64,000 nt of DNA from Candidatus Latescibacterota bacterium (GTDB lineage: Bacteria; Latescibacterota; UBA2968; UBA8231): assembly GCA_965261395.1 (NCBI GenBank), contig OZ253462.1:4384001-4448000 (forward strand), in the 5' to 3' direction. Made by a program: the position numbers and the translations under genes. Of the stretch, positions 28,118 through 36,084 are shown piece after piece. Numbering within the stretch: the stretch's first letter is position 1; every line of letters begins with the position of its first letter. The notes beneath the pieces are model-generated. The model did no database searches. It saw only the letters and a list, made by a program, of their open reading frames with translations, and was not told the DNA's origin.

Positions 28118-29362
28118 TTACTGTTGTGCCCTCAATGATGCGGCCTCGGCGCGGGCCGCGCGGCCTTCTGCCACGTGGCCCTGCTGAATCAGCGCCGTTG
28201 CCAAGCCATCGAGAGCCGAGACCATACTCCCGTCGAGGGCCAAGGCGCGACGAAACGCGGCGACCGCCTCTGCGTACTCGCCGAGGGCCAAGCTGTTGTT
28301 GCCTATGTTCTCAAAGGCCAAAGCGTAGTCGGGCTTGTGGCGCACCGCGCGTAGCAAAAAGGGCCGGGCGATCGCGTGTTGCTCTTGCAGCGAATAGATC
28401 ACCCCGATGTTGTGGCTGGCCTCCGCGTACGTGGAATCGAGCGCCAAGGCCGCCTCAAACTGCTCGAGTGCCGCCGCCAGCTCCTTTCTGCGCAAATAGA
28501 CTAGTCCCAAGTTGAAATGCGTGGCCGCCTGCTTGTCAGTCGCCAGCGGTACGGCTTGGCGATAGAGCAAGCGGCGGTAGTGATCCTCGTCCATCGTCGT
28601 GCTACTCAACTGCTGGAAAAGCTCGATCATCCGCGCCCCCTCGGCGACGCGGCCCGTGCGTGCATAGAGCGTGCCCAAGCTGTAATAGGCCGAGGTGTAA
28701 CCCGGGTCTGCGGCAATGGTCTGCTCCATCGCCGCCATGGCCCGCGGATCGTCCTGCAAGCGCAAGTACACCAGTGCCAAGTAGTAGCGGGCGTGAGCCA
28801 AGCCGGGGTCGAGTTCGATTGCCTTCAGTAGCGCGGTCTTGGCGCTTTCGTTGTCACCGCGTGAACACAGCACAAAACCCAGCACGAAGTGCCCATAGCC
28901 GCTCTCCGCGGCCAATTGCAGCCCATCTTCGGCTGTTGCAATCGCCTTTTCGTACCCGTCGCCACGCTCGTTGTATAGCAATGCCAAGGCCCAGTACACC
29001 TCGGCAAAGGCCGGCGCTTTTGCGAATGCGCGCTTAAAGGAAGCTATGGCCTCGCTTTTGCGGTGCTCTTTGGCGAGGGTAACCCCGAGATAGTAGTGAG
29101 CATCCGCATCGTCGGGCGCAACCGCGACCAGTTCGGACAACACGGCGGTGGCGCGGCGCGTGCGGTCCTTTTGCAGGTAGAGCCACCCCAAGGCCAAGAG
29201 CACCTCTGGGTCTGCGGGGTTTTGCTCGTAGGCGCGCTGGTAGAACGCAAGGGGCTGGGGCGTGGCAGGCTTTTTGAGGACGTGGCGTTCCGGAGAGCCA
29301 CAGCCGATCCCTGCGAGGAAGCCGACTAGCCCTATCCACGCCATGGCAAGGCGCATATCCAT
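28118..29362 (-). CDS. TPR-repeat lipoprotein
   Basis: LAGIGC lipobox-like; AHYYLG, AYYSLG, HFNLG TPR motifs. Confidence 0.88.
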   Translation of the reverse strand: MDMRLAMAWIGLVGFLAGIGCGSPERHVLKKPATPQPLAFYQRAYEQNPADPEVLLALGWLYLQKDRTRRATAVLSELVAVAPDDADAHYYLGVTLAKEHRKSEAIASFKRAFAKAPAFAEVYWALALLYNERGDGYEKAIATAEDGLQLAAESGYGHFVLGFVLCSRGDNESAKTALLKAIELDPGLAHARYYLALVYLRLQDDPRAMAAMEQTIAADPGYTSAYYSLGTLYARTGRVAEGARMIELFQQLSSTTMDEDHYRRLLYRQAVPLATDKQAATHFNLGLVYLRRKELAAALEQFEAALALDSTYAEASHNIGVIYSLQEQHAIARPFLLRAVRHKPDYALAFENIGNNSLALGEYAEAVAAFRRALALDGSMVSALDGLATALIQQGHVAEGRAARAEAASLRAQQ

Positions 29363-29377
29363 AGCTAATTAGGCAGT

Positions 29378-29418
29378 AAAACGCCCGGCATCTCCTACTA
29401 GAGAACACCGGGCGCTTT
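29378..29418 (-). terminator. Probable rho-independent terminator after the 875-aa gene
   Basis: Minus strand CGCCCGGTGTTCTC-tagtag-GAGATGCCGGGCG followed by TTTT. Confidence 0.65.
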
Positions 29419-29447
29419 GGATCCACAAAGAAATAGTGCAGCCTCTA

Positions 29448-32075
29448 CTACTGGAGACCCGCGAAGACCCGAATGAAGAGCAGCGAGTTGGTCTCGGTCG
29501 CTTCGGCAAAGGCTCGGCGCTCCCAGCGAAAGCCCGTGTTCATGGTCAACGAATAACCGAGGTACGCCGACCTGTTGGAAAGCTGCAAGGCCAGCACCGA
29601 ACCCGTGAAGTCATCGACGTACCCGGGCGGCAAGATCTCCGGGCGCTCTTCGAGGTTGCGGAAGAGGTTGAACTCGACGCCGTATTCGATAAAGGTCGCG
29701 GGTAGGATGAAGTACTTCGAGGTCAGCATGTAAAACTGCGACCACTCGGTGATGTCGAGGTCGGTGCTAAAGGTTGGATTGATCTTGCGGTAGACGCTCT
29801 TGTAGCGCGGCCAGAAAGACAAGTTGTCGGTAATCGGCAGCGGATAATCCACCTTGTTGATCGCGCCAAAAAAGAGGCGATCGTCTTTGACCTCGGCCTG
29901 CTCGCCGCGCTGCCTAAACCAATCGTACTTCACCTTGTTGTAGATATTCAGGTTTTTAAGGCGCAGATAATCGAACGTCAGATAACCGGTCCAAACAAAG
30001 GTGTCTTGGGCGATCAGCGGGTCGATGGCTTCGCGAAATCCATCTGGATCGACCCATTGGATCACATCGTCTTCGATGTCGTCTTGGACCGAGCGAGCGT
30101 ATTGGAAAGCTCGGGCCTCGATGCCCGGCCATTTCCACTGGCCCGTGAGCACCGCATAGCTCATCTGCGCGCTGCGCTTGGAGCTGATCTCGTCGGCCGC
30201 GGAGTTGCCTACCGTCAGCTTGATACCTTCGGTCAAGTAAACACCCCCGTACACGTTGTAGCCATCGCGATCCTGTCGGTAGGGGTAATCGGCGAAGGTG
30301 TCGTTCTCAAAGCGGTCAATGACGTTGTTGTTGTTCATGTCAACGCCAAAGAGGAACTCGGGCGGATCGACGTTATAGCGCAGAAATGGCTCGGCGAAAT
30401 CCGGCTGGCTGTTGTCGTTTTGGTTAAAGTCCGAGATGAAATCCGCGTTCTCGTCGTAGCCGGGAAAGACCTGCGTGTCGGCTTGGCCGCCGACGCCAAA
30501 AGGCGATTCGCGAAAGATGTTGTCGCCGTTCTGCCACAGTCGCTTCCAGTCGGCAAAGCGGTCTTGGTCGTCGTTGTCGTCAACCGCTTCAAAGGAATAG
30601 CGCTCTGGGTGTTCGTAGTCGATGAAACCCCGCGCATCCGCAATAAACGCATTGGTCTGATACTCGGGTTCTAGACGGTAGAATTCTCCGTACGCGAAGA
30701 ACGGATAAACGTCCTGTGAGGCCGTGAGGTAGTAAGCCAAGCCATCGTCTTGGGCGAGGGTGTGTTCTTGGAAATTCTGGTTGGGGAAGCGGCGAAACGC
30801 CCGGCTGAGGGCAATCTCCGAGCGCAGATTGAAGCCCTTGACATCGTCTATGTCAAAGTTGAGGCCAATGATGTCCTTGCCGGTGGGCAGGCCGTATTCA
30901 AAGCGTATAAAGCGCTGGTTTGAACCGTCGCTGACGTTGCCATGGGCGCGCTCGACCTCCAAGAACACGGGCTCGCCCTGGCTGTTGACTTGGAGATTGG
31001 AGGTGATTTCGATCCGGTAGTCGTTGGCGATGACCAATTCGAACTCGATCTCGCTGATCTCCTGAAACGTGGTGATCTGGTCATCGGGCTGTTGGCGAAA
31101 ATCGCGGGCGATGTTGTAGGTCAGCTCTAGGGTTTCGGCCCCATTGGCCTCGATGACGCCCGCGCGCCGCACGCCACCGCGCGGCGAGGGAACAATTTCG
31201 GGATGATCAACCCCGTCGATGATAATGCGCTCGGCAAAAAGCTGGGCACCGCCTACGCCGTCTTCGGGCGAATCGTCGGAGAGCCGCAGGACAATCGTCT
31301 CGACATTGCCGCCGTTTTGGGCCTCGGTCAACACGCCTTTGAGCGAGTTGTCGCCCAGCTTGCGACCCGTGGAGAAGTTGGCAATGTTCAAATAAGTAAA
31401 GCCTAGCTTGGAGAAATCCCCGAGCTGCACTTTGGAATGCGCGCCGAAGAGATTCGTCATGTCGCCTAGGATCTGGCCGAGCGAATTTTCAAACGACACA
31501 GGTGAGCCAGGGGAAGCCAAGCGCGACGCTAGGAGGGTCATCTGGTACTTGTCGGCGGCAAAGTCCCACTGCACTCCGTTGAAGGCTGGCTTGGAAAAGG
31601 TCAGCGGCGTCAGGGTGGAGCGCAGGGCCTCGCCAATGGTCATCGACGAGTAGAACTGCCCCTTTGACATGGACGAGACGAGCAAGCTATTAAACCACCC
31701 TGAGTACTTGGGGCCCTTGCGCACTGTACTGCCCGAAGTCACTGGGCTATCGTTCGACCAGTTGTATACCTCAAAGCCGCGGGTAATATAATTGCCGTAC
31801 AGGTCGTAGGTGCGAAATCCTTCTAGCTCAATCGACACGTAGCGCTGGTAGCTTTCGCGGGCGTAGTTGCTGTATTCCTCGCCGGTCCAGCGGTAGAAGT
31901 GATACAGACTTTGCGGATACTGCCACTTCCGCTGCGCCGGTGTCATCGCCATCTCATATACTTCCACGCCTCGCGGCTCGCGTCCGGTGAGAAAACCGAC
32001 CCGCTGGGCAAAAGCCGCATCGCACAGGAGTGCGACGCCGGCCGTGACAACTGCTGCGTAGAGCATGCACCTCAC
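29448..32075 (-). CDS. Large secreted protein, putative outer-membrane beta-barrel with Asp/Asn-rich Ca-binding loops
   Basis: GGAGG RBS, signal peptide; alternating aromatic beta-strand patterns especially in the last ~280 aa; DDNDDQD, DENADFISDFNQND and DMNNNNVID motifs. The fold is inferred. Confidence 0.6.
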   Translation of the reverse strand: MRCMLYAAVVTAGVALLCDAAFAQRVGFLTGREPRGVEVYEMAMTPAQRKWQYPQSLYHFYRWTGEEYSNYARESYQRYVSIELEGFRTYDLYGNYITRGFEVYNWSNDSPVTSGSTVRKGPKYSGWFNSLLVSSMSKGQFYSSMTIGEALRSTLTPLTFSKPAFNGVQWDFAADKYQMTLLASRLASPGSPVSFENSLGQILGDMTNLFGAHSKVQLGDFSKLGFTYLNIANFSTGRKLGDNSLKGVLTEAQNGGNVETIVLRLSDDSPEDGVGGAQLFAERIIIDGVDHPEIVPSPRGGVRRAGVIEANGAETLELTYNIARDFRQQPDDQITTFQEISEIEFELVIANDYRIEITSNLQVNSQGEPVFLEVERAHGNVSDGSNQRFIRFEYGLPTGKDIIGLNFDIDDVKGFNLRSEIALSRAFRRFPNQNFQEHTLAQDDGLAYYLTASQDVYPFFAYGEFYRLEPEYQTNAFIADARGFIDYEHPERYSFEAVDDNDDQDRFADWKRLWQNGDNIFRESPFGVGGQADTQVFPGYDENADFISDFNQNDNSQPDFAEPFLRYNVDPPEFLFGVDMNNNNVIDRFENDTFADYPYRQDRDGYNVYGGVYLTEGIKLTVGNSAADEISSKRSAQMSYAVLTGQWKWPGIEARAFQYARSVQDDIEDDVIQWVDPDGFREAIDPLIAQDTFVWTGYLTFDYLRLKNLNIYNKVKYDWFRQRGEQAEVKDDRLFFGAINKVDYPLPITDNLSFWPRYKSVYRKINPTFSTDLDITEWSQFYMLTSKYFILPATFIEYGVEFNLFRNLEERPEILPPGYVDDFTGSVLALQLSNRSAYLGYSLTMNTGFRWERRAFAEATETNSLLFIRVFAGLQ

Positions 32076-32149
32076 GCTGGAATCCTCCCTTTTAAATTTT
32101 TGCCGATCAGCACCACTTCACCACGCCTTCAGGCGTGAACACCCAACCA

Positions 32150-34114
32150 TCAATAGGCCACGCCGACGACGCCGACCCGCCTGAAGTTGCCGATCCCGCT
32201 GGCAACTGAGAGCGAGACCACGTAACTGCCCGGGGGCACAGCCTCGTCGTCATCGCTCCTTCCATCCCACATCTCAGTGTAAATCCCGCCGGGCTGTTCG
32301 CGGTCGGCTAGCACGCGCACCAGCCGACCCGCCAAGTCGTAAATAGCCACCTCAATGGGCTTAGGCTCAGAAATCTGAATTACAGTGTACTTGATAGCGA
32401 TGTGGTCGTTGATGCCATCCCCATTCGGCGTAAAGACCGAGGGATTAAACTCTATGGCGCGGACGATTTCGCCCACGGACTTCTGGGTCAGAGCCACGCG
32501 TAGCGCGTTGGTGCTAACATCGAAGTTAGCATCGCCTTCTAGCACGGGCTGACCGAGGATGTCGGCCTGGGTATCCCAGACTGTGCCGGTGAAAATCGTG
32601 CCGAATACCACGGCCGACCCCTCGAAGAGCACGCGCAGCGGCACGTTGTTGTCAAAGGTGACTTTGTTGCTGGTGAAAATCACTTCGAGACTTCTGTCGC
32701 CCGCATTCACGTGATCCGGCTCCACGGGCATGAGCGGATCGCCCATCTGCAAACCGATAAAGCGCGCCGGCGTCGGCGTGTCGATACGCAAGGCATCAAA
32801 GCCGTTCTGGTCGGCATTACTGATTACGGCCCGCACGTCATAGGCGAAGATCACCTCTTCGCCCCCGTCGATACTCGGCAGCACAACGGCATCGTCTTTG
32901 TCGATTACCCCGATGTCGGCCGGCGGATTGGGGTCGTCGGCCAAGGAAATCTCGCCGACGACCGCAGCAGCCGGGGGCAGCGAATGCTCAATCTGTAACG
33001 AGTCGATGCGCACCGTCTGCGTCACGGCTCTGCTCTCCATGATGATCTGTAGCTGAAAATAGGGACGCGGGCTGGGCAACGGGATCAATTGCCCGGATTC
33101 GAGCGGCAGCGACCAAGGACTCCAGTTGTCGGAGTCTTCCTCGATGTCGCCCTTCTGGCCCGAGGGCAGCTTGTTGTAATCCGCTTCCGAGACCACCGCT
33201 TGGCTCACAGCCCGCGTTTCGTTGTCAATGACCTTTTGGAAGTGAACCAGCGGGCTATCGTCCTGACCCGTCTTCATGCGCACCGCGACCGAGGTCTGCC
33301 CCAGATCCGGCAACTCGATCAACTCGCTGTCCACCAGTTCCAAAGCTCGCTGGGCCCAAGAGATGGTGCCGTAGTTGGAGACCTCGCCCAAGTCGATGAC
33401 TTGGCTCCGATACGTGGCCCGCGGCACGAAGCCATTGCCGTAGAGTTCAAATTCGGCGATCTCAAAGGGGTTTCGCGACCCGACCCGCAGCAGAATAAAA
33501 CGAATGAACTGCTGGGGGAATTTCATGGTGAAGACGCTGTTGGGATTAATCGGAATATCGCGCAGCAAGTCAAACACCGGTTGTTCCTGCTTATAAGTCA
33601 GCCCGTCGCTGACTTCGATCCGGTGCTTGCGCACGAAGTCAGCGCTAAAGGGCTTGCCGTTGGCGTATGTCCCCTCCTGCCGGGGAAAGAAGACCAAGCT
33701 GTCGGCTGGCACGCGCGAGCCTATATCTAAAAAGAACGTGCGCCCATCTTGATCAACGCCAGCGGTTTTGAAGAGGTCCGCAGTACTCGTGGTGTCATCG
33801 CCATCGACGATCGACAGCGAAGTGGAATTCTTGGCCGCCGTATTGTCCCACAGGGCCGCATTGCCCTCACTGACCAAGTCGTTGGGCTTGCCATACGCCC
33901 AAGAGAGCGTGGTGATGATGTTCTCGTCAGGGGTGAAGCCGCGGATCTGAATCGCGCCCGGGCTGCTCTGCTCGTCGATCTGGGCGCGGACCTGTACGAG
34001 ATCTCCCCAAGAAAAGCCATGACCCCCAAGCACCCATTCGTCGGCGGCGAGCCACTGCGCGCAGGAACACAAGGCGCACAACAGCGCCGCAATGCGGGTC
34101 GTCCCCCGATTCAT
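32150..34114 (-). CDS. Secreted FlgD-Ig domain protein
   Basis: Signal peptide; VDGDDTT/FFLDIG; GFDALRI; FTPNGDGIND...WDGRSD...PGSY...VAY. Confidence 0.8.
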   Translation of the reverse strand: MNRGTTRIAALLCALCSCAQWLAADEWVLGGHGFSWGDLVQVRAQIDEQSSPGAIQIRGFTPDENIITTLSWAYGKPNDLVSEGNAALWDNTAAKNSTSLSIVDGDDTTSTADLFKTAGVDQDGRTFFLDIGSRVPADSLVFFPRQEGTYANGKPFSADFVRKHRIEVSDGLTYKQEQPVFDLLRDIPINPNSVFTMKFPQQFIRFILLRVGSRNPFEIAEFELYGNGFVPRATYRSQVIDLGEVSNYGTISWAQRALELVDSELIELPDLGQTSVAVRMKTGQDDSPLVHFQKVIDNETRAVSQAVVSEADYNKLPSGQKGDIEEDSDNWSPWSLPLESGQLIPLPSPRPYFQLQIIMESRAVTQTVRIDSLQIEHSLPPAAAVVGEISLADDPNPPADIGVIDKDDAVVLPSIDGGEEVIFAYDVRAVISNADQNGFDALRIDTPTPARFIGLQMGDPLMPVEPDHVNAGDRSLEVIFTSNKVTFDNNVPLRVLFEGSAVVFGTIFTGTVWDTQADILGQPVLEGDANFDVSTNALRVALTQKSVGEIVRAIEFNPSVFTPNGDGINDHIAIKYTVIQISEPKPIEVAIYDLAGRLVRVLADREQPGGIYTEMWDGRSDDDEAVPPGSYVVSLSVASGIGNFRRVGVVGVAY

Positions 34115-34860
34115 TACGGCGTCTCCGCACGGGGATGGAGCGCGTAGTAAATTTCGCGTTGGAATTTGAATGCTAGGTCGATGGTCTCTACCGGTTCGCC
34201 CTTATAGTCGAAGCGCACGGCCATGTCCGACACGGTGACAGTGAAGTTACTCACGTCTCGGTGCAAAACCGGAAATACGATGTACCCAGTTGACTCTTGA
34301 CCGGAAAAGACCATGTCGGGCGGATAGATCGTGCGTTTGAGCAGGTCGGTGGCATCCTCGAATTGCCGCCGCTGGTTGCCGGCATAAGCCCGGAGATACG
34401 GGCTGAAGTAATCTTCGAGCTGCCCGTCGTCAAGCGCATTGTACACTCGGTTGTTCGACGTAGTGAGCACGAGCGCCGTGGGGTCGATGAAAATCTTGGG
34501 ATACTCGTAGTTTTTGACCTTTATCAAGACCACGGTAAAGCGCTCCGGGGTCCAGTCTTGGCCCCAAGGCTTCCAATTGCCATACGTGTATGGATTGGTC
34601 GATTCAGCACCCTTCCTTGAATTCGCCGCGAACTGGCGATTGAGGAATCCGTCACCCAACACCTGTAGCGAGATCTCCAAGCGATCTTTGGTATAGACGA
34701 TCGTGCCGTCGTCGAGGACGGTCATGGCCTCATCTTGTTGCGGAACTGGCTCGGGGAACGTTGCAAAGCGCCGCAGCCCCACCTGTGAAATGCACCCGAC
34801 AAGCGCGAACAGATAAAGAGCCGACAAAAGCCCGCTCGTTGCGATGTTCCGTATCCTCAT
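34114..34860 (-). CDS. Lipoprotein of unknown function
   Basis: Start at MRIRNI (AGGAAGG RBS; the longer ORF start lies inside a hairpin); LFALVGC lipobox. Confidence 0.75.
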   Translation of the reverse strand: MRIRNIATSGLLSALYLFALVGCISQVGLRRFATFPEPVPQQDEAMTVLDDGTIVYTKDRLEISLQVLGDGFLNRQFAANSRKGAESTNPYTYGNWKPWGQDWTPERFTVVLIKVKNYEYPKIFIDPTALVLTTSNNRVYNALDDGQLEDYFSPYLRAYAGNQRRQFEDATDLLKRTIYPPDMVFSGQESTGYIVFPVLHRDVSNFTVTVSDMAVRFDYKGEPVETIDLAFKFQREIYYALHPRAETP

Positions 34861-34894
34861 TGAGAATGCCTTCCTGAAAACGATGCAGAGGCGA

Positions 34895-34936
34895 TAGATA
34901 AAGAGAGATGAAGTCGCCTTCACCTCTCTTTATCTA
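34895..34936 (-). terminator. Strong intercistronic hairpin (terminator/attenuator or mRNA stabiliser)
   Basis: Minus strand TAGATAAAGAGAGGTGAAG-GCGA-CTTCATCTCTCTTTATCTA: 19-bp stem with one G.U pair and a GNRA loop. Confidence 0.75.
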
Positions 34937-34980
34937 AAACTACACCCAATATGCGCTAGCGAAAGACGCTAAGGTTCGCT

Positions 34981-35886
34981 TTATTGGATCATATAGCCTT
35001 TGATGCGACCCCAGCTATCGGCCTCGACAGCCGTATCTTCGCCGCCGCCGCCAGTGCCGCCCGTAGCGCCTTCGGTCTCCACCGTGATGAAGTCCGAGCC
35101 GTTCGAGTTGTCCTGGAATGCGCCGTTGACCGGCGTAGTGCCCGGCTGCTTCTCACGGCCGGTCTCGGGATTCTCGGTCTCGTCAAACTGGAAGGTCAGA
35201 CCGATGATCTGGTCGGAGGCAAAGTTGTGGCGAGCGCTGCCGTCGGGACCCGTCTTGTCGTGGAAGGTCCAAATGGCCTGCTTGACCTCGTAGGTGTAGG
35301 TCACCGAGCTACCAGCGGGCTGCTCCAGCGGACGGGCGTCCGGCGGATCGAGGGTCCACTCATAGACGAACCAAGGACGTTCGGTGGACCACAGGATGCT
35401 CTCCTGCGGCACGTTGAAGATCCAAGTGTCCTTCTGACCAGCGGCGGGCAGGATGCGGATGCCGTACTGCTGGCCGGAGATTTGTTCGGTCTCGTTGAAG
35501 TTCTCGCTCGAGTGGTCGGCATCGACGATGATTTCCAGCGAGTCGTCTTTCCAATACTCCTGGGGGTTCTCGACAAACAGGCCCAGCGAGTCATCGGTAA
35601 TTCGAGAAAAGTAGTAGAGCGAGTTGTCGGGCGCCGAACTCCAAGCCACGTAGAGAATGCAGTCCCAGTCGTCTTTGGCCGGCGGCCACTCACTACCGAG
35701 GATCTCGAACATGGTGTCGGGGTTGATGGCAAAAGCCGGATCAATCCAACCCCAGTCGTCGTCGTTGCCGTCGATGACCATGTTATCGGGATTGGGAATC
35801 TGCGGCGCGAAATAGTTAGCCTGGTGCGCGAAAGCGGCCGAAGCCGCCATCACTGCGACCAAAGCGAGAAGACTCAGTCTCTTCAA
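34981..35886 (-). CDS. Secreted CBM9/DOMON-like sugar-binding-fold protein with C-terminal TAVE..SWGRIK tail
   Basis: GGAGG RBS, signal peptide; IDGNDDDW, YVAW, ITDD, DSLEIIVDAD, YEV, IGL motifs of CBM9-like folds; Gly linker then TAVEADSWGRIK. Confidence 0.7.
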   Translation of the reverse strand: MKRLSLLALVAVMAASAAFAHQANYFAPQIPNPDNMVIDGNDDDWGWIDPAFAINPDTMFEILGSEWPPAKDDWDCILYVAWSSAPDNSLYYFSRITDDSLGLFVENPQEYWKDDSLEIIVDADHSSENFNETEQISGQQYGIRILPAAGQKDTWIFNVPQESILWSTERPWFVYEWTLDPPDARPLEQPAGSSVTYTYEVKQAIWTFHDKTGPDGSARHNFASDQIIGLTFQFDETENPETGREKQPGTTPVNGAFQDNSNGSDFITVETEGATGGTGGGGEDTAVEADSWGRIKGYMIQ

Positions 35887-35939
35887 GGGAAACCTCCTTT
35901 GGCAAGGTTATAGTTAATAGGGCGAGAGACGAAGGCGTC

Positions 35940-35968
35940 AATTTATAAACTGTCCACATACCTGTCAA
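35940..35968 (-). promoter_or_regulatory. sigma70-type promoter for the surface-protein cluster
   Basis: Minus strand TTGACA (35968-35963), 17 nt, TAAATT. Confidence 0.55.
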
Positions 35969-35983
35969 GTAATTTTATTACTT
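35967..35983. promoter_or_regulatory. Palindromic operator candidate
   Basis: AAGTAAT-ttt-ATTACTT perfect inverted repeat between the divergent promoters. Confidence 0.45.
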
Positions 35984-36020
35984 AATAATCATATTTATTT
36001 GATTGTTCTCGGCTGACGCA

Positions 36021-36048
36021 TTGACAATCTTGCGTTTTTTTTTACACT
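36021..36048 (+). promoter_or_regulatory. sigma70-type promoter for the ABC transporter
   Basis: TTGACA (36021-36026), 16 nt, TACACT (36043-36048). Confidence 0.6.
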
Positions 36049-36084
36049 TGGCCCTTTCGCCTTCCATCCTCAACAGGTTTTCCC

